A stretch of 64,000 bases of DNA from Octopus vulgaris. Its lineage: Eukaryota. The translations under genes were made by a program, and so were the position numbers. The notes under the pieces are model-generated. The model worked only from the letters and a program-made list of their open reading frames with translations. It was not told where the DNA came from and searched no databases. The DNA lies in the NCBI GenBank assembly GCA_951406725.2, contig OX597817.1, forward strand, positions 176,452,001-176,516,000. Reading direction: 5' to 3'. Shown one piece after another: positions 51,601 through 64,000 of the stretch. Each line of letters starts with the position of its first letter. Position 1 is the stretch's first letter.

Positions 51601-52081
51601 TAAAACTCTATACCTTGGAGCGTAGGCGAGAAAGATATGCCATAATATATATCTGGAAGATCCTGGAAGGACTTGTCCCAAACTTTTGCATCGAGAGTTA
51701 CACAAATGCCAGAACTGGGCGCCACTGCGTGGTGCCTGGGACTCCAAATTTGCCATCAAGATGTAGGACAAGATACTGTGATAGCCTGGGCTTCCGAGCC
51801 CCACAGCTCTTCAATATCCTCCCGAAGAATCTAAGAGACCTGCATGAGGTGGATGCAGATATATTTAAAGTGAAACTGGATCTCTTCTTGTCAGGTATCC
51901 CAAATGAACCAACTTCACGGCAGGGGGTGCAGATGAGGGCAGCTGCATCGAACTCTCTCATGCACCAAATGGTAGTTGCTAAAAAGCATTCGTGAAGTAA
52001 AACTATGTAGCAACACCAAATGGCGGTGCCACAGCATGGCCACAGCTCGTGAGCTGAAACTAGAAACAATCAATCAATCAA
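48600..52081 (+). mobile_element. CR1-group LINE (family E) including the ORF1 C-terminus with a CCCH zinc finger; ORF2 has stops
   Basis: ORF 48492-50786 (CRFYLRGTCWHGEEVAGCRFAH, APE, RT start), plus 51190-51603 and 51615-51995. (AATC)n tail. Confidence 0.92.
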
Positions 52082-52117
52082 TATATAATATTCACTGTGG
52101 AGAGACTTTTTGAACAC

Positions 52118-52154
<37 letters not shown>

Positions 52155-52236
52155 TTCACTGTGGAGAGACTGTTTGAACACTGTATATATATATATATAT
52201 ATATATAAAATTCACTGTGGAGAGACTTTTTGAACA

Positions 52237-52292
<56 letters not shown>

Positions 52293-52318
52293 TTCACTGT
52301 GGAGAGACTGTTTGAACA

Positions 52319-52402
<84 letters not shown>

Positions 52403-52426
52403 CACTGTGGAGAGACTTTTTGAACA

Positions 52427-53075
<649 letters not shown>

Positions 53076-53077
<2 letters not shown>

Positions 53078-53777
53078 CTAAGTAATTAAGGGTTTAGCAA
53101 CGATTTGCCTCACCACACACCGAATTTAGAAATAGCAGTCAAATAGTTATAGCTATTCTTTCTACTAAAAGGAGATCTCAGTAAAACCACAGCACTTGAA
53201 AGGCAAACACAGACAGGCACGAGAGAAAGAAATGACGACAATCGATCATACAATATTAAGTCACCTACGGACGTACGTTTCGAAATTAAGTTTTAGGAAA
53301 GCATAAGAATTAGATAATTATGTCTTACCCAACTTTTTTCTCATCAGCGTAGGACACTACAATTATGAATAACTGTATATTAAATTTCGAGGTACTAGAA
53401 GACATCATCTCAACTCAGTATCAGAGCAAGCTAAAGCCGTTACCAGTATCACCAAATTCAAAGTGTGAATGAAAGTTTGTGTCACCAACCCCTCCCACCA
53501 GCGTGCAGCCAAGACAAGATGTTGTGGTCATTTACTGGGATGAAATATGGTTATCAGTAACAATATAGGGTGAACTTAATTAATTTGGAATAATCATTAA
53601 TTTCACCAAGTAGATTTCGGCATGTAAAAGCCCCATTCGAGGAAAGTTTAAGTAATACTAAGTAATTAAGGGTTTAGCAACGATTTGCCTCACCACACAC
53701 TGAATTTAGAAATAGCACGAATGGGGCTTTTACATGCCGAAATCTACTTGGTGAAATTAATGATTATTAATTTCACC

Positions 53778-53785
<8 letters not shown>
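53076..53785 (-). mobile_element. Non-coding hammerhead element: ~580-bp monomer, partial repeat and inverted arm
   Basis: 53076-53137 matches 53656-53717, and 53718-53785 inverts ~53563-53639. Confidence 0.8.
53264..53353 (-). ncRNA. Type I hammerhead ribozyme
   Basis: cctacg CTGATGA gaaa...tttc GAAAC gtac GTC cgtagg. Confidence 0.88.
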
Positions 53786-53868
<83 letters not shown>

Positions 53869-53907
53869 CACTGTGGAGAGACTTTTTGAACACTGTCTAT
53901 ATGTATA

Positions 53908-53944
<37 letters not shown>

Positions 53945-53948
<4 letters not shown>

Positions 53949-54479
53949 CCTTAAATCCTTAAAAATGTTTTAGCCCGAAGGCCGCGGCCATGCTGGGGCA
54001 CCACCGCTGAATGAGCTACACTAGTTTGTGAATCCACCTCTGATACGTGGCACTTGATCAACAAGGAGTTCGATGCTGCTGCCCGCATCCGTGTCTCCTG
54101 TCGTGAGGTAGGTTCATCTGGGACTCCCAACAAGAAGAGATCCAGTTTAGTTTTAAAGAAACCCACATCCACACCATGTAAGTCTCTCAGGCATTTAGGG
54201 AGGATGTTAAAGAGCTGTGGTCCTCTGAAACCCAAGCTGTTGCAGTATCTGGACCTGTATTTTGATGGTGATGTTGGAATCCTTGGCACCACGCAGCGGC
54301 GCCCCGTTCTGCGGTTGGAGTAACTTTGAATGCCAAAGTTTGGGACAAGACCCTCCAGGATTTTCCAGATGTATATCACTGCATATCTCTCCCGCCTCCG
54401 CTCCAGGGAGAAGAGGTTTAATACCTTCAGTCTTTCCCAGTAGCTGACATTTTGCATTGAGACGATTTTCTTTGTGTAG

Positions 54480-54482
<3 letters not shown>
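53945..54482 (-). mobile_element. CR1 family B 3' fragment
   Basis: ORF 53951-54457, near-identical to 25823-26360. Confidence 0.92.
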
Positions 54483-54527
<45 letters not shown>

Positions 54528-54554
54528 ATTCACTGTGGAGAGACTTATTGAACA

Positions 54555-54591
<37 letters not shown>

Positions 54592-54601
<10 letters not shown>

Positions 54602-54900
54602 GTCAAATGCGATACAATAAAATTAATTATTATCGCTGGTGTTCTAGGACACGCCATATATTATTAATATATAAGTACATTAAAAGGCGAAGTGTGTACT
54701 AGATACACAAAAGCTGGATAAATTTAATGAGATGAAAATTAAAAACTTTTACAAACTTAGTTCTTCTTCGACTGCAGTTTCGCCTATTTCAGCAATAAAA
54801 ATAATATTTATTTACTCAGGTAGGCTCTTCAGTAAGATTCCTGTTATTATGGGAAGCGCATATCAATAGAGGCACATGCGTCTATTAAATTGCTCTTTCT
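54592..54900 (-). mobile_element. Short non-coding hammerhead element; HHR 54765-54837
   Basis: tctta CTGAAGA gccta...taggc GAAAC tgca GTC gaaga. Confidence 0.75.
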
Positions 54901-54990
54901 ATATAAAATTCAGTGTGGAGAGACTTTTTGAACATTGTGTATATGTATATATATATTTATAAAATGCACTGTTGAGAGACTTATTGAACA

Positions 54991-55051
<61 letters not shown>

Positions 55052-55054
<3 letters not shown>

Positions 55055-55333
55055 TTTGATACTTTGATACTTTGATAGGTTTCGGCCATTATTGGCCCAG
55101 GCCATGTCTAACTTAATAGCACCACCTGGTGAAGTCTTTCAAGTCAGAATTTTGGCACTATGGCCCACTCAAGTAGAGAGTTATTGTTTACAGAGACATA
55201 TCCGGGTGTAGGGGGTTTATCCGGGATTTCTTGAAGGAATCTGTCCAAAGACTTCTTGAACCCTATAGGGTCAGTTTCTGTTTTAATGTGTTTTGGTGTA
55301 ATGTTAAAGAGAGCGGGGCCAATTGAGGTGAAA

Positions 55334-55338
<5 letters not shown>
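55052..55338 (-). mobile_element. CR1 family C 3' fragment
   Basis: Matches 30917-31195, with a (TATCAAAG)n tail. Confidence 0.92.
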
Positions 55339-55398
<60 letters not shown>

Positions 55399-55437
55399 AT
55401 CTATATAAAATTCACTGTTGAAAGACTTTTTGAACAC

Positions 55438-55468
<31 letters not shown>

Positions 55469-55547
55469 AATTCACTGTGCAGAGTCTTTTTGAACACTGT
55501 GTATATATATATATATAAAATTCACATTGGAGACACTTTTTGAACAC

Positions 55548-55600
<53 letters not shown>

Positions 55601-55606
<6 letters not shown>

Positions 55607-55836
55607 ATATTTCGAATGGTCATATTGCCAGTTTAGCCAATAAAAACACACGCACTATATATTTGGTGTTATTTTGCTTCAGTGATAATAAATATCACTG
55701 AAGCAAAATAACACCAAATATATAGTGCGTGTGTTTTTATTGGCTAAACTGGCAATATGACCATTCCGAAATATAACAATATCTGTTTCAACACACGACT
55801 TCACATAAAAAATCTTGCACAACAAATATTTAAACG
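55601..55836. repeat. Fold-back insertion with ~88-bp inverted arms
   Basis: 55601-55688 is the reverse complement of ~55692-55780. (TA)n flanks; no ORF or HHR seen. Confidence 0.75.
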
Positions 55837-55869
<33 letters not shown>

Positions 55870-55941
55870 TACTGTGGAGAGACTTTTTGAACACTGTGTG
55901 TATATATATATATGAAATTCACTGTGGAGAAACTTTTTATA

Positions 55942-56056
<115 letters not shown>

Positions 56057-56207
56057 ATATCACTGTGGAGAGACTTTTTGAACACTGTGTGTATGTATAT
56101 ATATATATATATATAAATTTCACAGTGGAGAGAATTTTTGAAGACTGTGTGTGTATATATATATATAATTCACTGTGGAGAGACTGTTTGAACACTGTAT
56201 ATATATA

Positions 56208-59200
56208 TGATTTTGATTTTTGATTTTTGATTTTTCCAGTTTCAGCTAATGAGCTGTGGCCATACTGGGGCACCGCCATTTGGTTTGCTACACGATTTTA
56301 CCTCACGGATGCTTTTTAGCAAACGCCATCTGATGCATGAGAGAGTTCGATGCAGCTGCCCTCATTCTGCACCTCCTGCCGTGAAGTTGGTTCATCCGGG
56401 ACACCTGACAGGAAGAGGTCCAGTCCTACTTTAAAGACATCCGCATCTACATCATGCAGGTCCCTCAGGTTCTTTGGGAGGATATTGAAGAGCTGTGGGC
56501 CTCTGAAGCCCAGGCTATCACAATATCTTGTCCTACATCTTGATGGCAAATTTGGAGTCCTTGGTACTACGCAGTGGCGCCCGATTCTGGCATTTGTGTG
56601 ACTCTCGATGCAAAAGTTTGGGACAAGTCCTTCCAGGATCTTCCAGATATATATTATGGCATATCTTTCTCGCCTACGCTCCAGGGAATAGAGTTTTAAT
56701 CTCTTGAGTCTTTCCCAGTAGCTCATATGCTGCACAGAGGCTATCTTCTTCGTGTAGCTACGTTGGATCGCCTCAAGTTCTGTGATCAACTTGACACTGG
56801 ATGGTGACCATAGCTGAGAGCAATAGTCAAAGTGGCTTAGGACAAGTGTCTTCCAGAGGACCATCATGGTTTCTTGTTCTAAAGGTTCTAAGAATCCATC
56901 CAGCCAGCCGTCTACATTTCATTGCCTGTTTAGCAACATGTACATGAAAGGTCGCGTCATCACTCATGTGAATACCCAAGTCACGCACTGATTGTGCCTC
57001 TGGGATTGCAATTCCTCCGGGTCCAGTGTAGTCATTGGGTATTGCATTCAGTTTTGCATGCTGATAGTATAAAGCTTGAAACTTTTCAGCATTGAACTGC
57101 ATGCTATTCTTTTCAGCCCACTTGTATAAGCAGGTGCTTAGTGTCTTCAGGGTTCTGTATTGCCTGTGAGACTTTTGTATCATCTGCATAACTTGTGATC
57201 GTGGCTCTCTGCGTGGCTGAGGGCATGTCTGAGAGGGCCATTATGAACATTAGTGGTCCCAAAACAGTGCCCTGCGGAACACCGCTCACTATTTGCGTGT
57301 TAATGGAAGTGGCCCCATTGGCTGTTACCACCTGACTTCTATTCTTCAGAAATTCATGAAGCCATTCTCCCAATTTTCCAACTATGCCAAGATCACGCAG
57401 TTTGTGACATATCATTCCATGATCGACTTTATCAAAGGCCTTTGCAAAGTCGAGATATATGACTTCCACATTTGAGTGGTTGAGCAGTTGTTTCAGCACC
57501 CAGTCATAGTGTTGTAGGAGCTGAGTTAAGCAGCTTCTTCCTGATCGGAAACCATGTTGGGTGTCAGGCAGCAAGTCATTTTCTTCAAGGAAGGTGATTA
57601 GTTTCCTTCTGACTATTCGTTCCATGACCTTGCTGATGTGTGAGGTTAGGGAGATAGGTCTGTAGTTCTTGGCCTCCGCTCTGCTACCTCCTTTATGAAT
57701 AGGGCATATTTTACCTTCCTTCAGTTTACTTGGAAGTTTGCCAGCTGCAAGGAAGCTCTGAAAGAGAGACCGCAGTGGCCTTGCTAGGACCCTCTTACAT
57801 ACTTTTAGAAGGATTGCTGGGAATCCATCGGGGCCAGTAGCTGAGTTTGTTTCCATCCCATCTATAGCCTTTATTACATTGTCTTCCTTTATATTGATGT
57901 AATTAATCATCGCCGCCTCTGACCCCATATCTGCAGTGGTGAAGAGGTCAGTTGGATTGCTGATTTGGAAATGCCCAAGGGGTGGGGTGAAAACACTCTT
58001 GAATTGCTCATTTAGTATTTCACTTACCCTCATTGGATTTCCTGTGAGTGTGCCATCCCTTTCAAGGAGTGGCCCTATCCTACAGTGCACCGTAGCTGTT
58101 TCTTTGGCATACCTGTAGAAAGCTCTGGGGTTAGATTTTATGTTGTCTATAGCCCAGGCTTCTTTGTCTGCTCTTTCCTTTTCATGGGAGAGTTGCAGAC
58201 AGTTTTCAATTTCCAACAGTTTCATTTTCACGCGGGACTTTTCATTGCTTTGTTTGTTTAGGCGATTTCAGATTTTTGTGCGCCGTCTCATTAGAATTTT
58301 CCTCTCTCTGGGGATTTTGTTCTTGTGTACAGTGGCCTTTCTCTCTGGGACACATTTGTAGCATATGGCTTGCATTACAGACATGAATTGTTGAAGTTTC
58401 ACGTCGATGTCTGGCGAGGACAGACATTCAGGCCAGTTTTGTTTGAGGATCTCTTTCTCAATTTGTTTCCAGTTTGCCTTATGGAAGTTCATGCTGGAAA
58501 GATTCTGGGAGTTTCTTGTAGGCTGCATGTCCATGCTTTCCTTTGGCCCGTACATGGTCAGCTCTACGATGTTGTGATCCGAGAGTATTGTCGGTGTCAC
58601 TTTCACATTATGGATGAGATCCATATTATTTGTGAAGCAGAGATACAGTATGTTACCTGCCCTGGTTGGTTGGAGTATTACTTGCTCCATGTACAGGGTG
58701 TTGATGAGGTTCAGGAGGGACCTCGCCTGACCTCGTTCACATCGTGTCATTCCTGGGAGAGAAAGGCCCTCGGGCCATCTGACATTGGGCAGGTTGAAGT
58801 CTCCCATGAGAAGTACACTTATGTGCTATTCTAGTGTGACTAGAACTTCTTCTATTTTTATAAGGCAGTCTTCAAACTTGCCCATATGGCTCGGGGCATC
58901 TGGAGGGCGATATGTAGCACACACAACTACACCAAGTTGCCTTACATGTACAATTAGTGTGTAACACACCGGGTTTGAGTATGACAAAAGGACCTGGGGT
59001 GTGAGGTCCTCACGGATGTACATAGCAACTCCCCCATGACTCCTTTCTTTTCTGTCGGTCCGTAGTACAACATACTGTGGTATGTGTACTTCCGCATCCG
59101 CTATGTCCGGTTTCAGGTGTGTTTCCGTAAGTGCTATGCATAAGGCTTGATTGCATGCAACAAAGTCTCTCAAGAACGGGACTTTTGTCCTGTTACTGTG

Positions 59201-59632
59201 TGTTAGTAGTCCTCTGATGTTCAGTAGGAGCATCGCGGTGAGGTGTATGCTGTTGCCGGTGGTGTCCACCTTGGGTCTATTTGCTGTGGTGGTCTTGTGA
59301 ACTGCGGGTAGTCCCATCTGCGAGCTTGAGTTTGATGGAGCCAGGTTAGCTGCTGTACAATCTTTTGTGCCATGCACAAAAAAGATTCTTGTTCAGCAGC
59401 TGCCCTTTCAACAACATGTTGGCGGTTTGTGGCACGCACCACATCTGCGTACCTCCGCTTTGGGACAGGTGGTGCGTGGTCCAGCCCTTTTCCTTTCGGT
59501 GGTTGGTTTCTGCGGCAGGGTCCCGGATGTGCAAAACGGCAGCCTGCACCTTCCTCTCCATGCCAGCAGGCACCTCTCAGGTAGAACCTACACACCCGTG
59601 TGCGCTGCTTGTTTCCATCCTTTTTGTATATG
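56208..59632 (-). mobile_element. CR1-group LINE (family E), decayed, with a CCCH ORF1 remnant
   Basis: ORFs 59221-59748, 58826-59377, 58268-58807, 57113-58231, 56827-57189 and 56316-56867. (AAAATC)n tail. Confidence 0.92.
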
Positions 59633-59678
59633 GATATATATATATAAAATTCTCTGTGGAGAGACTCTTTGAACACTG

Positions 59679-59709
<31 letters not shown>

Positions 59710-59758
59710 GTATATATAAAATTCACTGTGGAGAGACTTTTTGAACACTGTCTATATG

Positions 59759-59835
<77 letters not shown>

Positions 59836-59977
59836 CACTCTGGAGAGACTTTTTGAACACTGTGCATATATATAAACATATAATTCACTGTGGAGAGACT
59901 TTTTGAACGCTGTGTATATGTATATATATATTTATAAAATGCACTGTTGAGAGACTTATTGAACACTGTATATATAT

Positions 59978-60283
59978 GCCGCGTGCATACGTGCATATGT
60001 ATTTATGTATGGACGTTCGTATATGTAAGTATATCGTTTGTTCTGCATATATATATCTGTATTTATGTACTCTTGATATATTCAACCGATGACGGTAAAG
60101 CTTATTTAAAGCAAAACCAGAAATCCTGGATCTTGAATTATTAAATAATTTTTGCTTGTATATTTTGTCCCTCTGTCTTATCTCATGGTGCGATACGAAC
60201 ACTTAACGTGGTTTTTATAGTCAGAGTTTCGACTGCTATTTCGGCATGTTGGTGTCTCTTAGACACCCTCATTTTTAATTATA
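59978..60283 (+). mobile_element. Short non-coding element with a hammerhead-like motif (60080-60138, U4>C)
   Basis: attcaa CCGATGA cggt...acca GAAA tcc t gga TC ttgaat. The 3' GACTGCTATTTC is shared with the 53076 family. Confidence 0.65.
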
Positions 60284-60384
60284 TATGTATATATATATAT
60301 ATAACATTCACTGTTGAAAGACTTTTTGAACACTGTGTGTATATATATATATATAAAATTCACTGTGTAGAGTCTTTTTGAACA

Positions 60385-60464
<80 letters not shown>

Positions 60465-60490
60465 CACTGTGGAGAGACTTTTTGAACACC

Positions 60491-60536
<46 letters not shown>

Positions 60537-60667
60537 TCATTGTTGAGAGACTTTTTGAACCCTGTGTATATATATATATCTATAAAATTTACTGTGGAGA
60601 GATTTTTGAACACTGTGTGTATATATATATATATATGAAATTCACTGTGGAGAAACTTTTTGTATAA

Positions 60668-60734
<67 letters not shown>

Positions 60735-60759
60735 CACTGTGGAGAGACTTTTTGAACAC

Positions 60760-60800
<41 letters not shown>

Positions 60801-60879
60801 TTCACTGTGGAGACAATTTTTGAACACTGTCTGTGTATATATATATATAATTCATTGTGGAAAGACTGTTTGAACACTG

Positions 60880-60910
<31 letters not shown>

Positions 60911-60989
60911 CTCTGTGGAGAGACTTTTTAAACACTGTGTGTATCTATATATATATATAAAAATTCACTGTGGAGAGACTTATTGAACA

Positions 60990-61067
<78 letters not shown>

Positions 61068-61103
61068 CACTGTGGAGAGACTTTTTGAAAACTGTACATA
61101 TAG

Positions 61104-61806
61104 TGTTATGAATGGTTCTATTTAAGGACAGTTGGTTGCGACCTACTTTTGGAATAAATCTATGGTCCTGTCAGATTCTGGTTGATTGATTAGTTCTGGG
61201 GGGACCTCCGACCCCTTACAGGTTGTAGTGGATGCGTGGATGTATTAATAAATACATAAGTGCTTTGTAATAAATTAAAGATTTATTATCACTACATCAA
61301 TTTGTAAGCAATGTTACACATCGCTTGTACAAAATGCATATTAAATAGTGGTTGCAAATAATACATATTAAAGGAATGCATAATACAGGATACACATTAA
61401 AGCAGAATATGTTTGATGGTGTGTGTGTGTGCGTGTGTGTAAATCATGCATGACAGAGTCACCTTTCTGAATATTCTTTCGTCGTTCTCATAAATGCGTG
61501 ACGTTCTCTTCAACGTTGATTCGGGTTCTCCCAGATACCTATTTCTCCGTTCTATTTATAACATCTCAAATAGCCAGAAAAATAGATATACCGCAAGAGA
61601 GTTATCATTAAAGTAGGTCGCTGGTCGTCCTGTTAAACTTCGCCTGACCTGCTCGGGTCAGAGGTCGAAGGGAGACGATCCATCATTTTTTGTCAGAACA
61701 AAGAGATTCTGATTTCGCGCCTTTTTGTGCATTGGTATTTTACGACCAATGATTCTTGGGTCTGATTTCGAATCCAAGCTTTGAGAAGGAAGTGCTAATT
61801 CTTACA
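61104..61806 (-). repeat. 3' LTR of a Ty3/gypsy element
   Basis: TGT...ACA termini (TGTTA at 61104, TTACA ending 61806) and an adjacent polypurine tract GAAGGGGGGTAG on minus (61807-61818). Confidence 0.75.
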
Positions 61807-62381
61807 CTACCCCCCTTCTAGTGAGAAAGCCACAGAGATCGAACGATATTGGAAATGTATTATTATTATTATTTTATTATTATTTTTTTTTTTTTTTTTG
61901 ATTGTGTGCATGTAGAAAAAAAAAATTTTTTTACACATTGAACGATAAAAATATGCATGAAAGGTTTACAATTTGTGTGTGCTATATGGTGGGCAATATG
62001 TATATGTGCCCAGGCAGAATTATGTTGGCGCGTTGAAAGAGATGTGCGTCTATTGATTACTCGACCTACTAGAGGTCTAATAGAGGCAAGGTGTCTTTCA
62101 GTGGCGAAAAAATATCGAGTGATAGCACGCATGAGAACAAGATTTGTAAATGTGTGTGGATATACAGTTAGCAAAAAAATATATTTATGAGAAAGCAAAC
62201 ATTTTGAAGAGAAAACAAAAAATATGTACATGCAAAAATGAAAGAAATGTTCATCGGCAAAGTTCGATTTTGAAATGTTCCGTAAAAGTTCATACAGACA
62301 GTTTTTGTTTTCATTTTTTTTTTCTTTACGTACACAAATGTTCTTTGATTTCTCTGGGTGGGTGATGCAGTTATGTGTTCA

Positions 62382-64000
62382 TTAGGAAGATGGATACGTT
62401 AGGAGTTCAGAACTTACCCGAAAAACTTGCACAAACCTTGCTGGCCATCGAACTGTTCTTCCTGATTTGGTGTGTCGGGGTTGTGCAGAATCTGTGGTGT
62501 TCGCTGGAGTTGCCGAGTCTGTTTGAGGAAAAGAGGGGACTGAATGTAAGTCCTCTTCGATGAAAGCTTTTTTTAAACGATCAATCGAGACCATATTTCG
62601 TTTACCTCCAATATCGAGGACGAAATACTTGGGTTCTCTTTTGATGACCTTGTAGGGCCCGGAATATGGTGGTCGAAGTTGAGAGGGTATCCCATCATTC
62701 CTCACGAAGACATGAGTCCATGTGTTGATATCTTTTGGGACACGTGAAACGACGTTCTGTTGTCTAGGGCCTGAGGGTGATACTTGCGACATGGATGTTC
62801 GTAATCGGTGCACATATTGTTGTGGGTCAGGGAAGTTTTGTGAAACAGGTTCGATCATCTGCCCAGGTAAGGTGAGTGTTGTGCCATAAACGAGTTCGGC
62901 CGGAGTATATCCCAGTTCTTCCTTAATCGTGGATCGAATTCCAAGGAGGATGAGAGGGAGATGTTCCAACCAGTGAGAACTGTCTGGAGCTGCTTTTATA
63001 GATGCCTTGAGTTGGCGGTGAAAGCGTTCCACCATGCCATTTGCTGCAGGGTGGTAAGCTGTAGTGCGGGTGTGTTTACACCCGAGGAGACGAGTCAGCT
63101 CGGTGAAAAGGTGGGAATCGAACTGACGTCCTCTGTCGGTGGTAATTGTTGCGGGTGTGCCAAAACGCGAAACCCATTGTGATATCAGTGTTTTAGCGAC
63201 CGTTTCTGCTGATATATCAGATAAGGGCCAGGCTTCGGGCCATCGCGAGAACCTATCTACGCAAGTTAGCAAATATGAATAGTTCTGCGAAGGTGGTAGG
63301 GGTCCAACGATATCAATGTGAACGTGCTGAAATCGTGCATCGGGCTGCGAAAATGAACCGATTGGTGATTTTATGTGCCGGTGGATTTTCGCTTTTTGGC
63401 ACGCAACACAGCACTTGGTCCATTCTCTGATATCCTTGTTGATACTGGTCCACACAAAACGGGTCGATATTAGCTTTTGAGTGGAGCGAATACCAGGATG
63501 TGACAGAGAATGTAGAGCGGAGAAAACTTCTCGACGATATTTCTGTGGTACATAAGGGCGTTGGTAACCAGTGGAAATATCACACCAAATATGGGCTGTG
63601 GATGATGGTAGTGGAACATGCTGAAATTTCAGAGATGACGAATTCCGGAGCTTTAGAAGTTCTTCGTCATTCTCCTGGTCAGCTGCTATACGTGCCAGAT
63701 CAATTGTAGACGTGGTGTGGATAGCATTGATCTGCGCACGTGAAAGTGCATCGGCTGCCACGTTGGTCGTCTCTTTGATGTGGCGTATATCCGTCGTGTA
63801 CTGCGATATGAAGTCGAGGTGACGAATTTCTCTCGGCGAATGGCGATCCGGTTTGGTGTTAAATGCGTATACTAATGGCTTGTGGTCGGTATATATGGTA
63901 AAATTGGTACCTTCTAGCATATGACGGAAATGCTTAACGGCCAGGTATGCCGCCAATAATTCCCGACTGAATGTGCTGTATTTGGTTTCCGCGGGTTTTA
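62382..64000 (-). CDS. pol: Ty3/gypsy Pol C-terminus (RNase H and integrase), running off the window edge
   Basis: YTDHKPL, ADALSR, HHCC (HSLSH...CVAC), DDE (HIDIVGP, TTDRG, MVERFH) and GPY/F. The ORF is uninterrupted. Confidence 0.93.
   Translation of the reverse strand, partial: KPAETKYSTFSRELLAAYLAVKHFRHMLEGTNFTIYTDHKPLVYAFNTKPDRHSPREIRHLDFISQYTTDIRHIKETTNVAADALSRAQINAIHTTSTIDLARIAADQENDEELLKLRNSSSLKFQHVPLPSSTAHIWCDISTGYQRPYVPQKYRREVFSALHSLSHPGIRSTQKLISTRFVWTSINKDIREWTKCCVACQKAKIHRHIKSPIGSFSQPDARFQHVHIDIVGPLPPSQNYSYLLTCVDRFSRWPEAWPLSDISAETVAKTLISQWVSRFGTPATITTDRGRQFDSHLFTELTRLLGCKHTRTTAYHPAANGMVERFHRQLKASIKAAPDSSHWLEHLPLILLGIRSTIKEELGYTPAELVYGTTLTLPGQMIEPVSQNFPDPQQYVHRLRTSMSQVSPSGPRQQNVVSRVPKDINTWTHVFVRNDGIPSQLRPPYSGPYKVIKREPKYFVLDIGGKRNMVSIDRLKKAFIEEDLHSVPSFPQTDSATPANTTDSAQPRHTKSGRTVRWPARFVQVFRVSSELLTYPSS

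Overview
This is eukaryotic, AT-rich, gene-free repeat DNA, probably from a coleoid cephalopod (Octopus-like, judged from a SINE tail and the repeat style; inference). No host gene, tRNA or rRNA was seen. The backbone is a head-to-tail array of roughly 150 (by-eye count) copies of a ~33-bp unit, AAATTCACTGTGGAGAGACTTTTTGAACACTGTG, separated by variable (TA)n. About 30 retroelement insertions sit mostly in the (TA)n spacers: five CR1-group LINE families, two RTE LINEs, a SINE with a 67-bp minisatellite, a Ty3/gypsy LTR element, and GIY-YIG Penelope-like elements (PLEs). Signals not visible from the ORF track: (i) type I hammerhead ribozyme motifs in about 11 distinct families, 7 of them non-coding retrozyme-like elements (several tandem or fold-back); (ii) a Neptune-like PLE with an upstream helical ORF joined to RT by a T-TTT-TTA -1 slippery site; (iii) fold-back arms, some extending into flanking DNA; (iv) a shared 3' stem-loop across the CR1-group families; (v) a modest minus-strand bias of insertions. 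Boundaries were read by eye and may be off by several bases.
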